Of a stretch of DNA of 64,000 bases, positions 39,289 to 46,540 are shown in pieces (position 1 is the stretch's first letter; every line of letters begins with the position of its first letter). The notes under the pieces were generated by a model, which made no database searches, was not told the origin of the DNA, and saw only the letters and a program-made list of their open reading frames with translations. The DNA is from Burkholderiales bacterium (lineage in GTDB: Bacteria; Pseudomonadota; Gammaproteobacteria; Burkholderiales; SG8-39): positions 67,059 through 131,058 of the forward strand of contig DASRFM010000031.1 of assembly GCA_035651575.1 (NCBI GenBank), given 5' to 3'. The position numbers and the translations under genes were made by a program.

Positions 39289-39677
39289 TGCCGCAGCCGA
39301 CTTTGGCGGGGGGCCAGATGGCGCACAAGAAATCCGCAGCACCGAAGGGAAAAAAATCAGCGGGCAAGGCAGTGGCCGTGAATCCGTGGCTGCCGGCCGT
39401 GCCGCTCAAGGGGCGCAAGCTCCTGAAGCCGGTGCTGGCCGTGCCGCTCGCGATGATGGCGGGCGCGGCGAGCGCGGATCTTCTGCCGGCGCGTGCGCTG
39501 ACCGTTCCGGCCGAGGCCGCCCGGCAATCGCTGTCCGCGAAGGACTACGAGCGCCTGGTCGGCGCGAAGAAGGCCGAGATCCTGCGCAAGTTCGAGGGCA
39601 GGCAGGCGTTCCAGCTGGCCCAAGGCAGCGATAGCCGCGGCGGCGGCAAGAGCGGCCAGCGCCCGAGCGGCAGCTAG
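39288..39677 (+). CDS. Small basic protein of unknown family with an internal Sec-signal-like segment
   Basis: The only frame with GC3-biased codon usage in the 390-nt space between the ATP-grasp and decarboxylase genes. It has a Lys-rich N-terminus, then KGRKLLKPVLAVPLAMMAGAASA followed by DLL. Alternative starts are 39318, 39372, 39378 and 39399. Confidence 0.5.
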   Translation: MPQPTLAGGQMAHKKSAAPKGKKSAGKAVAVNPWLPAVPLKGRKLLKPVLAVPLAMMAGAASADLLPARALTVPAEAARQSLSAKDYERLVGAKKAEILRKFEGRQAFQLAQGSDSRGGGKSGQRPSGS

Positions 39678-39682
39678 CGCGT

Positions 39683-40837
39683 TTGCGGCGGCAGGCCCTT
39701 CCGGCGCCGCTGCGCCGCGACCTGCTTCGCGTCCTGCGCTCCGGCGCCGGCGATACGCCGAGGCGCTTCCTCCTTCCCGAGTACGCCGCGAGCCAGTTCC
39801 GCGAGGCCGCGCGCGCGGCATCCCGTGTCAAGGCGTCGCCGCGCGTCGTGCTCGCCTACAGCATCAAGACCAATCCGTTTCCCGGGCTCCTCGACCTCGC
39901 GCGGGCGCACGGCATGCGCGCGGAGGCCATCACGCAGGCCGAGGTGGCGCATGCGCTGCGCCGCGGGTTCCGGATGGAGGACACCGTGCTGAACGGCCCG
40001 GCGAAGTGGTGGCCGGAGCCGGTGCGCGAGACCGGGTATGCGGCGATCTTCTGCGATTCTCTGCAAGAGCTGCGTGCGCTGCGCGGCGCGCTCGCCGCAG
40101 GCCGCGTGCGGGCGCGCAGCGTCGGCCTGAGGCTGCGGCCGGCGACCGTGCGCTCGCGCTTCGGCGTCGACCTCTCGGAGCGCAAGTCCTTTGCCGAGGC
40201 GGTGCGGCTGCTGCGCAGCCTGCCGCGCGACCAGGAGATCGGCTTTCACTTTCACCAGGCGAGCAGCGCGGTCGGCGTTCGCACATGGCAGTATCTGGCG
40301 CGCAACTTCATCGCTGCGGCGGGCATCCTGGGCGAGCACGCCGGGCGCCCACCCGCGGCGCTCAGCGTCGGCGGCGGCTGGCATCCGGACGACTGGTCGC
40401 GCTTCCTGCGCGCGGAGCTCGGCGATCTCGCGAGGCTCTGCCGGCGGCAGATCCCGTCGCTGCGCGAGCTCATCGTCGAGCCGGGCAAGGCGCTTGCGCA
40501 GCGCTCGATGGGCCTCGTCATGCGCGTGCTCGAGGTGCGCCGCGGCGAGCTGCTCGTCGACGGCTCGGTGGCCGAGCTGCCCGACCTGCCGAGCCATCCG
40601 CATCGCTTCGTCTCGCTGAAGGCCGGGAAGCTCGCGTCGTGGCCTTCCGGCCGCACGCGGCTTCTCGGACGCCTGTGCATGGAATTCGACGTCGTCGGCG
40701 AGGCGCTGCATCCGCCTGCCGGGCTGCGGGCGGGCGATCTCGTCGCGGTGCTCGACTGCGGCGCCTATGATGCGAGCATGGCCTACCTTTTCAGCCGCGG
40801 CTTCGTCGAGGCACTGCCCGGCCCAGGCACGCTTTGA
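39683..40837 (+). CDS. Orn/DAP/Arg-type (fold III) PLP-dependent decarboxylase
   Basis: TTG start. YSIKTNP (PLP lysine), SVGGGW (phosphate loop), VEPGKAL and GRLCMEFD (catalytic Cys region). 384 aa. Confidence 0.75.
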   Translation: MRRQALPAPLRRDLLRVLRSGAGDTPRRFLLPEYAASQFREAARAASRVKASPRVVLAYSIKTNPFPGLLDLARAHGMRAEAITQAEVAHALRRGFRMEDTVLNGPAKWWPEPVRETGYAAIFCDSLQELRALRGALAAGRVRARSVGLRLRPATVRSRFGVDLSERKSFAEAVRLLRSLPRDQEIGFHFHQASSAVGVRTWQYLARNFIAAAGILGEHAGRPPAALSVGGGWHPDDWSRFLRAELGDLARLCRRQIPSLRELIVEPGKALAQRSMGLVMRVLEVRRGELLVDGSVAELPDLPSHPHRFVSLKAGKLASWPSGRTRLLGRLCMEFDVVGEALHPPAGLRAGDLVAVLDCGAYDASMAYLFSRGFVEALPGPGTL

Positions 40838-41655
40838 AGGCGTCGCCGAGGACCTGGCTGTTTGTCCCGGGGGCGGACGAGCGTGCGCACGCGGCCGCGG
40901 CGCGCTCGGGCGCGGACGTAGTCATCCTAGAGTTGGAGGACTTCACGCCGCCCGAGCTGCGGCCCAGGGCCCGCGCGCTCGCGGCGAAGGCATTCCGGGC
41001 GTGGAAGCAAGCCGGCGCACGGACCGCCGTGCGCGTCAACCCGCTCGAGGGCGACGGCGGCGCGGACCTCGGTGCCGTGCTGCCCGCGAGGCCGGATTTC
41101 GTCCTCCTGTCGAAGGTCGTCTCGGCAGCGCAGCTGCGGGCGCTCGAGGCGGCGAGCGGCGCCGCTTTCGACCTCGTGCCCAACATCGAGACGGCCGCCG
41201 GCCTCGTCCGCGCGCAGGAGATCCTCGTTGCCAGCCGGCGCGTGGTCGCCGCGCTCGTCGCGAGCGAAGACATGGTCGCCGACCTCGGCACCGAGCGCAG
41301 CCGCGGCGGGGCGGAGCTTGCGTACGTGCGCGCCCGCTTCCTCGTGGAATGCCGCGCCGCCGGCGTCGAGGCGATCGATTGCCCGTACACCTTCGGCGAC
41401 GCGAAGGGCGCCGTGGCCGACGCGCGCTACGCGAAGCGCCTCGGCTACCGCGCGAAGAGCCTGGTGGATCCGTCCCACGCGCGGCTGATCAACGCGGTGT
41501 TCAGCCCTTCCCGGAAGGAGATCGAGAAAGCGCGGCGCATCGTGTCGGCGTTCGACAAGGCCCGCGCCGCCGGGAAGGAGCGCGCCCGCGTCGGCGGGCT
41601 GCTCGTGGAAGTGCCGATCTACGCCGCGGCGAAGCGCCTGCTCGAGCGCGCATGA
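40834..41655 (+). CDS. HpcH/HpaI aldolase / citrate lyase beta (CitE)-family protein
   Basis: TTGA overlap with the upstream gene. WLFVPGADERA, VVILELEDF, VRVNPL, VPNIETAAG and SEDMVADLG are CitE-family motifs. Confidence 0.75.
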   Translation: MKASPRTWLFVPGADERAHAAAARSGADVVILELEDFTPPELRPRARALAAKAFRAWKQAGARTAVRVNPLEGDGGADLGAVLPARPDFVLLSKVVSAAQLRALEAASGAAFDLVPNIETAAGLVRAQEILVASRRVVAALVASEDMVADLGTERSRGGAELAYVRARFLVECRAAGVEAIDCPYTFGDAKGAVADARYAKRLGYRAKSLVDPSHARLINAVFSPSRKEIEKARRIVSAFDKARAAGKERARVGGLLVEVPIYAAAKRLLERA

Positions 41656-42005
41656 GGGCAGGGTGGCTGCTTCTCGTCTTCGGCGGCGCCGCGCTTGCAC
41701 AGCCCTCGTGCTTCGATGCCGCGAACGACCGGGCCGCGCTGGATGAGTGCGCGCAGAAGGAGATCCTGCCGCTCGAGGCGGCCGTCGTGAGCCGGGTGAA
41801 CGCCCTGCGCGCGAAATACCGGAATACTGCGGGCCTGCGCGAGGCGCTGGAGAAATCGCAGGACTCGTGGAATGCATACCGCAACGGCCATTGCAGCGTC
41901 GAGGCGCAGGCACGCGGCGGCTCCGAGGTCGCGGCGCAGAGGGCCTACGCGTCCTGCTCGAAGCGCGAGCTTGCCGCAAGATTGAAGGAACTGGAGGGAC
42001 TGTGA
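41652..42005 (+). CDS. DUF1311 (LprI-like) secreted protein
   Basis: ATGA overlap with the upstream gene. Signal peptide MRAGWLLLVFGGAALAQ, plus C...LDEC...SQDSWNAYRNGHC...C cysteine spacing typical of LprI-like domains. Confidence 0.65.
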   Translation: MRAGWLLLVFGGAALAQPSCFDAANDRAALDECAQKEILPLEAAVVSRVNALRAKYRNTAGLREALEKSQDSWNAYRNGHCSVEAQARGGSEVAAQRAYASCSKRELAARLKELEGL

Positions 42006-42958
42006 AGCGGCTCTTCTTTCTCGTCCTGGTCTTCGCCGCGGGGCTGGCGCGCGCCCAGGCGCCCTATCCCGGCAAGCCGATCCGCCTCATCGCGCCGTTT
42101 CCGCCCGGCGCGGTGGTGGACACGCTGTGCCGCGCGCTCGGCGCGCCGATGGGCGAGCTGCTCGGGCAGCCGGTGGTGGTGGAGAACCGCGTCGGCGCTG
42201 GCGGCAACATCGGCATGGACCTCGTCGCCAAGGCGCCGCCCGACGGCTACACGATCGGCATGGGGAGCATCGGCACCCACGGCATCAATCCGAGCGTGTA
42301 CGCGAAGATGCCTTTCGACCCGGTCCGCGATTTCGCCCCGATCACGTTCGCCGCGAGCAACATCAACGTGCTGGTCGTCAATCCCGCGGTTCCTGCGCGC
42401 AGCGTCGCGGAGCTGATCGCCTATGCGAAAGCGAATCCCGGCAAGCTCTCGTTCGGCTCGGCAGGGGTCGGCACCTCGCAGCATCTCGCCGGCGAGCTCT
42501 TCAAGCAGGTGACCGGCATCGAGATGTCGCACGTCCCATACAAGGGCGCGGGCCCCGCGGTGACCGACCTGATCGCCGGGCAGATCCCGCTCATGTTCGC
42601 CGATATCTCCGCGGCGCTGGGCCACGTGCGCGCCGGCCGGCTGCGCGCGCTCGGCGTCACGACGCGGGCGCGCACGCCGCTGCTGGACGTGCCTACGCTC
42701 ATCGAGCAGGGCGTTCCGGACTTCGACGTGAACGCGTGGTTCGGGCTGTTCGCGCCCGCCGGCACGCCCGCCGAGATCGTCGCCCGGCTGAACGGCGCGG
42801 CGGTGAAGGCGCTCGGCGCGCCGGCCACGCGCGAGCGGCTGCAGGGCCTGGGCCTCAATCCCGCGCCCGACACGCCGCAGGCCTTCGAGCGCTTCGTCCG
42901 TGCGGAGCTCGAGCGCTGGGCCAAGGTCGCGCGCGCGGTCAATATCCGCGCCGAGTGA
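42002..42958 (+). CDS. Bug-family (TctC-like) tripartite tricarboxylate transporter substrate-binding protein
   Basis: GTGA overlap with the upstream gene. Signal peptide and YPGKPIRLIAPFPPGAVVDTLCRAL, GSAGVGTSQHL and VPYKGAGPAVTDLIAGQ motifs. No tctA/tctB adjacent. Confidence 0.85.
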   Translation: MKRLFFLVLVFAAGLARAQAPYPGKPIRLIAPFPPGAVVDTLCRALGAPMGELLGQPVVVENRVGAGGNIGMDLVAKAPPDGYTIGMGSIGTHGINPSVYAKMPFDPVRDFAPITFAASNINVLVVNPAVPARSVAELIAYAKANPGKLSFGSAGVGTSQHLAGELFKQVTGIEMSHVPYKGAGPAVTDLIAGQIPLMFADISAALGHVRAGRLRALGVTTRARTPLLDVPTLIEQGVPDFDVNAWFGLFAPAGTPAEIVARLNGAAVKALGAPATRERLQGLGLNPAPDTPQAFERFVRAELERWAKVARAVNIRAE

Positions 42959-43289
42959 GGCGCGCGTAGGCCACCACCGCGGCGAAGAACGCGAGGCTGA
43001 GGCCGATCTCCGCGAGCGCCGCGGCGCGCGAGGCGCCGCGCTCGGCCCAGGCGCGCATCACGCCCTCGGCGAAGTACGCGAGCACAAGCAGGCTCGACCA
43101 CTGGTAGGTGTAGCGCCGCCCGGCGAGGATGCCGCCGAGCGCGAGCGTGAGCGGCAGCGCCTTCAGCGCGGCGAGCGAGCCGCCGGGGCGCAGCGGCGCG
43201 AGCCACAGCTCCCACGCGAGGCACAGCGCGATCAGCATCACCAGGGCGCAAAGCGCCGCCGCGCGCAGCTTGGCCATGCTCGGTATCAT
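42939..43289 (-). CDS. DUF2069-like membrane protein
   Basis: Four hydrophobic segments and a GRRYTYQWSSLLVLAYFAEGV motif. The start could be 43277. Confidence 0.6.
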   Translation of the reverse strand: MIPSMAKLRAAALCALVMLIALCLAWELWLAPLRPGGSLAALKALPLTLALGGILAGRRYTYQWSSLLVLAYFAEGVMRAWAERGASRAAALAEIGLSLAFFAAVVAYARLTRRGY

Positions 43290-43299
43290 AAGAGCAACA

Positions 43300-44145
43300 A
43301 TGAAAAGGCCAGCGTGGCGCGAGCTTGCGCAGTTCGGCGTGGCGGTCGTGCGGCGCTTCTACGAGGACCGCAGCTCGCAGACCGCGGGCAGCCTCACCTA
43401 TACGACGCTGCTCGCGCTGGTGCCGCTGCTTACCGTCGCCCTGACGGTCTCGACCGCGTTCCCCGTGTTCGACCGGCTGCTCGGCGCGCTGCAGGACTTC
43501 GTCGTCGACCACGTGCTGCCGGACACGCCGGGCGTCGACACCTTCGCCGAGCAGCTGAACGAGTTCACCGAGCGCGCCGGGCGCGTGCGCGCGATCGGGC
43601 TGGCGGCGCTCGGCCTCACCGCGCTCATGACCATGCACACCATCGAGGACGCGCTCAACCGCATCTTCCGCGTGGCGCGGCCGCGCCTCCTGGCAAAGCG
43701 CTTCGCCATGTACGTCGTGGTGCTCGCGGTGGGCCCGCTGCTGATCGGCGCCAGCCTCTCGATGACGACCTTCCTCATCGTGAGCTCGCTCGGCGCCCTG
43801 AACCTGGATTCGGTGGCCGAGTCGGTGCTGCGCTTCCTGCCCTTCGTGCTCACTTGCGCGGCGCTCACGCTCTTGTACATCCTGGTGCCGAACCGCGAGG
43901 TCCCGGCGCACCATGCGCTTACCGGCGGCTTCCTCGCCGGCGTCGCTTTCGAGCTCGCCAAGCGCGCGTTCGCCCTCTACGTGAGCCGCTTTCCCACCTA
44001 CGCCTTCATCTATGGAACCTTCGCCACCATGCTGCTTTTCCTCATCTGGATGTACGTGTCGTGGTTCATCGTGCTCGCCGGCGCCACGCTGACCGCGATG
44101 CTTCCCGGCCTGAAGGAGCGCGGCGCGCTGAAAGGCCAGCCGTGA
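43300..44145 (+). CDS. YihY/BrkB-family inner membrane protein
   Basis: SLTYTTLLALVPLLTV, VPNREV and FATMLLFLIWMYVSWFIVLAGA are YihY-family features. Confidence 0.8.
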   Translation: MKRPAWRELAQFGVAVVRRFYEDRSSQTAGSLTYTTLLALVPLLTVALTVSTAFPVFDRLLGALQDFVVDHVLPDTPGVDTFAEQLNEFTERAGRVRAIGLAALGLTALMTMHTIEDALNRIFRVARPRLLAKRFAMYVVVLAVGPLLIGASLSMTTFLIVSSLGALNLDSVAESVLRFLPFVLTCAALTLLYILVPNREVPAHHALTGGFLAGVAFELAKRAFALYVSRFPTYAFIYGTFATMLLFLIWMYVSWFIVLAGATLTAMLPGLKERGALKGQP

Positions 44146-44846
44146 GCGCGATCGCCCGCGAGGAGCGCCTCATCGTCGCGCTCGACGTCGCGAGCCCGGC
44201 CGAGGCGCGCGCCCTCGTCGAGCGCCTCGGCGATGCGGCGCGCTTCTACAAGATCGGCATGGAGCTCTTCATGGCGGGGGGCTACTTCGAGCTGCTCGAG
44301 TGGCTGGTCGGACGCGGCAACAAGGTCTTCGTCGACCTCAAGTTCTTCGACGTGCCGGAGACCGTGCGCCGCGCGGTCGCGAACCTGCGCGGCCGCGGCG
44401 CGACGTTCGCAACGGTGCACGGCAACCAGGCGATGATGGAGGCCGCCGCGCAGGCGAAGGGGGAGCTGCGCATCCTCGCCGTCACCGTCCTCACCAGCCT
44501 CGATCGCGGCGACCTCGACGACCTCGGCTTCTCCTGCGACGTCGAGCACCTCGTCCTGTCGCGCGCGCGGCGCGCCATCGAGGCGGGCTGCGACGGCGTG
44601 ATCTCTTCAGGCCTCGAGGCATCCCGCCTCAAGAAGGAGTTCAGGGAAAAGCTCCTCGTGGTCACGCCGGGGATCCGGCCGGTGGAGAACAAGCCCGCGG
44701 ACGACCAGAAGCGCACCGTCGACGTCGCGCAGGCCTTCGCGAACGGCGCGGACTACATCGTGGTCGGGCGGCCGATCCGGCAGGCCGCGGATCCGCGTGC
44801 CGCGGCGCAGGCGATCCAGCGCACGATCGCCACGGCCTTTACTTGA
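44142..44846 (+). CDS. pyrF: Orotidine 5'-phosphate decarboxylase
   Basis: GTGA overlap with the upstream gene. LIVALDV, FVDLKFFDVPETV (DxKxxD), TPGIRP and IVVGRPI. Confidence 0.9.
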   Translation: MSAIAREERLIVALDVASPAEARALVERLGDAARFYKIGMELFMAGGYFELLEWLVGRGNKVFVDLKFFDVPETVRRAVANLRGRGATFATVHGNQAMMEAAAQAKGELRILAVTVLTSLDRGDLDDLGFSCDVEHLVLSRARRAIEAGCDGVISSGLEASRLKKEFREKLLVVTPGIRPVENKPADDQKRTVDVAQAFANGADYIVVGRPIRQAADPRAAAQAIQRTIATAFT

Positions 44847-45114
44847 GCAGCGTCTCGAGCAAGCGCCTGAGCACCTCGTGCGAGGGCGGCTGCGGCCCGA
44901 AGAAGAGCGTCTCCGCGCCGCGCTTCACGAGGATCGTCGGGAAGTTCTCGATCTCCAGCTCGCCGACCCGCTCCGCGTCGTCCTCGGTATCGAGCCAGCC
45001 GAAGGCGGCCTGCGGGAACGCGGCGGCGAGCGCCTCGAACCCCGGGCGGTACTCGGCGCAGGTGTCGCACCACGCCGCGCAAATGCAGGTCACCTCGTAC
45101 GCCGGCCGGGCCAT
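44839..45114 (-). CDS. Thioredoxin-fold protein
   Basis: 91 aa with a WCDTC (CxxC) motif and FPTILV. This is the 3' end of a longer antisense ORF whose upstream part is rejected. Confidence 0.6.
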   Translation of the reverse strand: MARPAYEVTCICAAWCDTCAEYRPGFEALAAAFPQAAFGWLDTEDDAERVGELEIENFPTILVKRGAETLFFGPQPPSHEVLRRLLETLLK

Positions 45115-45126
45115 CAGGGCCGCATC

Positions 45127-46344
45127 ATGACCGATTTTCTGCACGCGCTGGCCGGGATTGCGGGCCTGCTTGCGCTGGCGTGGGCGGCGAGCGAGAACCG
45201 GCGCGCGGTGCCGTGGCGGGCGATCGGCGCCGGCCTCGCGCTCCAGGTCGCGCTCGCGGTCCTCTTCCTGAAGGTCGAGCCGGTGAAGAACGCGTTCATG
45301 AAGGTGAACGACGCACTCCTCGTCCTCGAGCAGGCGACGCAGCAGGGCACCGGCTTCGTGTTCGGCTATCTCGGCGGCGCCGCGCCGCCCTTCGCGGTGA
45401 CGGACGAGAACGCGGTGTTCATCCTCGCCTTCCGTGCGCTCCCGCTCGTGCTCGTCATCAGCGCGCTCTCGGCGCTGCTTTTCCACTGGCGGGTGCTGCC
45501 GGCGATCGTCGCCGCGCTGTCCTGGCTCCTCGAGAAAGCCATGCGCGTCGGCGGCGTGGTGGGGCTCTCGACCGCGGCGAACGTCTTCGTCGGCATGGTG
45601 GAGGCGCCGCTTTTCGTGCGCCCCTACCTCGGGCGCGTATCGCGCGGCGAGCTCTTCGCCATCATGGTCGGGGGCATGGCGTCCATCGCCGGCACGGTGC
45701 TCTTCCTGTACGCGAGCATCCTCGGCCGGGTGGTGCCCGACGCGGTGGCGCACCTGCTGATCGCCTCGCTCCTCTCCGCGCCCGCCGCGCTCGTCATCGC
45801 CTTCCTGATGGTGCCTCCGGAGGGCGAGATCACCGGCGCGCGTATCGCTCTGCGCTCCGAGGCCTCCGGCAGCATGGACGCCCTTACGCGCGGCACGCTG
45901 GAGGGCGCGCAGCTCCTGGTCAATATCGTGGCCATGCTGGTGGTCTTCGTCGCGCTCGTCGCCCTGGTGAACCTGCTCCTCGCGCCTTACACGCTGCAAG
46001 GCCTGCTCGGCGCGCTGCTCGCGCCGCTCGCCTGGCTCGCCGGCGTGCCCTGGAGCGAGGCGCAGGCCGGCGGCGCGCTCCTCGGCACGAAGACCGTCGT
46101 CAACGAGCTCGTCGCCTACGTGGACCTCGCGCGCGACGGCTCGCTTTCGCCGCGCAGCCGTGTGCTCCTCACGTACGCTCTGTGCGGGTTCGCGAATTTC
46201 GGAAGCCTCGGCATCCTGATCGGTGGCCTCGGCACCATGTGCCCGGAGCGGCGCCAGGAGGTGGTTGCGCTCGGCTTCCGCTCGATCGTCGCCGGCACGT
46301 TGGCGACGTGCCTGACCGCCGCCACGGTCGCGTTGGTCCTGTAG
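45127..46344 (+). CDS. NupC/NupG-family concentrative nucleoside transporter
   Basis: ASENRRAVPWRAIGAGLALQVALAVLFL N-terminal motif and C-terminal ALCGFANFGSLGILIGGLG. Confidence 0.85.
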   Translation: MTDFLHALAGIAGLLALAWAASENRRAVPWRAIGAGLALQVALAVLFLKVEPVKNAFMKVNDALLVLEQATQQGTGFVFGYLGGAAPPFAVTDENAVFILAFRALPLVLVISALSALLFHWRVLPAIVAALSWLLEKAMRVGGVVGLSTAANVFVGMVEAPLFVRPYLGRVSRGELFAIMVGGMASIAGTVLFLYASILGRVVPDAVAHLLIASLLSAPAALVIAFLMVPPEGEITGARIALRSEASGSMDALTRGTLEGAQLLVNIVAMLVVFVALVALVNLLLAPYTLQGLLGALLAPLAWLAGVPWSEAQAGGALLGTKTVVNELVAYVDLARDGSLSPRSRVLLTYALCGFANFGSLGILIGGLGTMCPERRQEVVALGFRSIVAGTLATCLTAATVALVL

Positions 46345-46385
46345 CGGATCGGCTACAGAAGGTTCACGCGTTTTGGGATATTCCC

Positions 46386-46538
46386 GTTGGGGGTCGTCTC
46401 CTAGCATCGCCTTGGAGAAGACGGCGAGCGGATCGAACGGAGAGCCACTGACCCTTTCCCCCCCCTTGCATACGCACCTCCCTCCCTTCGTGCGTATGTA
46501 GGCATACGACCCCGGCACCCCTACCGGGGTCTTTTTTT
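46386..46538 (+). ncRNA. Candidate structured RNA (sRNA or glgA leader) with C-rich, anti-Shine-Dalgarno-like loops
   Basis: Imperfect hairpin 46393-46425. C8 tract 46458-46465. 9-bp hairpin 46469-46498 with loop CUCCCUCCCUUC. Terminator hairpin 46508-46531 followed by U7. The 5' end is unknown. Confidence 0.3.
46508..46538 (+). terminator. Rho-independent terminator
   Basis: GACCCCGG-CACCCCTA-CCGGGGTC followed by TTTTTTT. It ends 2 nt before the glgA ATG. Confidence 0.75.
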
Positions 46539-46540
46539 AT

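Noticed and set aside
44839-46518. A 559-aa minus-strand ORF antisense to nupC.
   Set aside because: Only the last 91 aa (from ATG 45114) form a plausible thioredoxin-fold protein. The rest is an antisense shadow of the nucleoside transporter gene and the intergenic RNA region.
46345-46540. Possible tRNA, tmRNA or known riboswitch in the structured nupC-glgA spacer, and possible bidirectional use of the terminator.
   Set aside because: There is no cloverleaf, T-loop (GTTCRANNC) or acceptor-stem arrangement. I recognise no known riboswitch core. On the minus strand the hairpin is followed by GTATGCC rather than a U-tract, so only plus-strand termination is supported.
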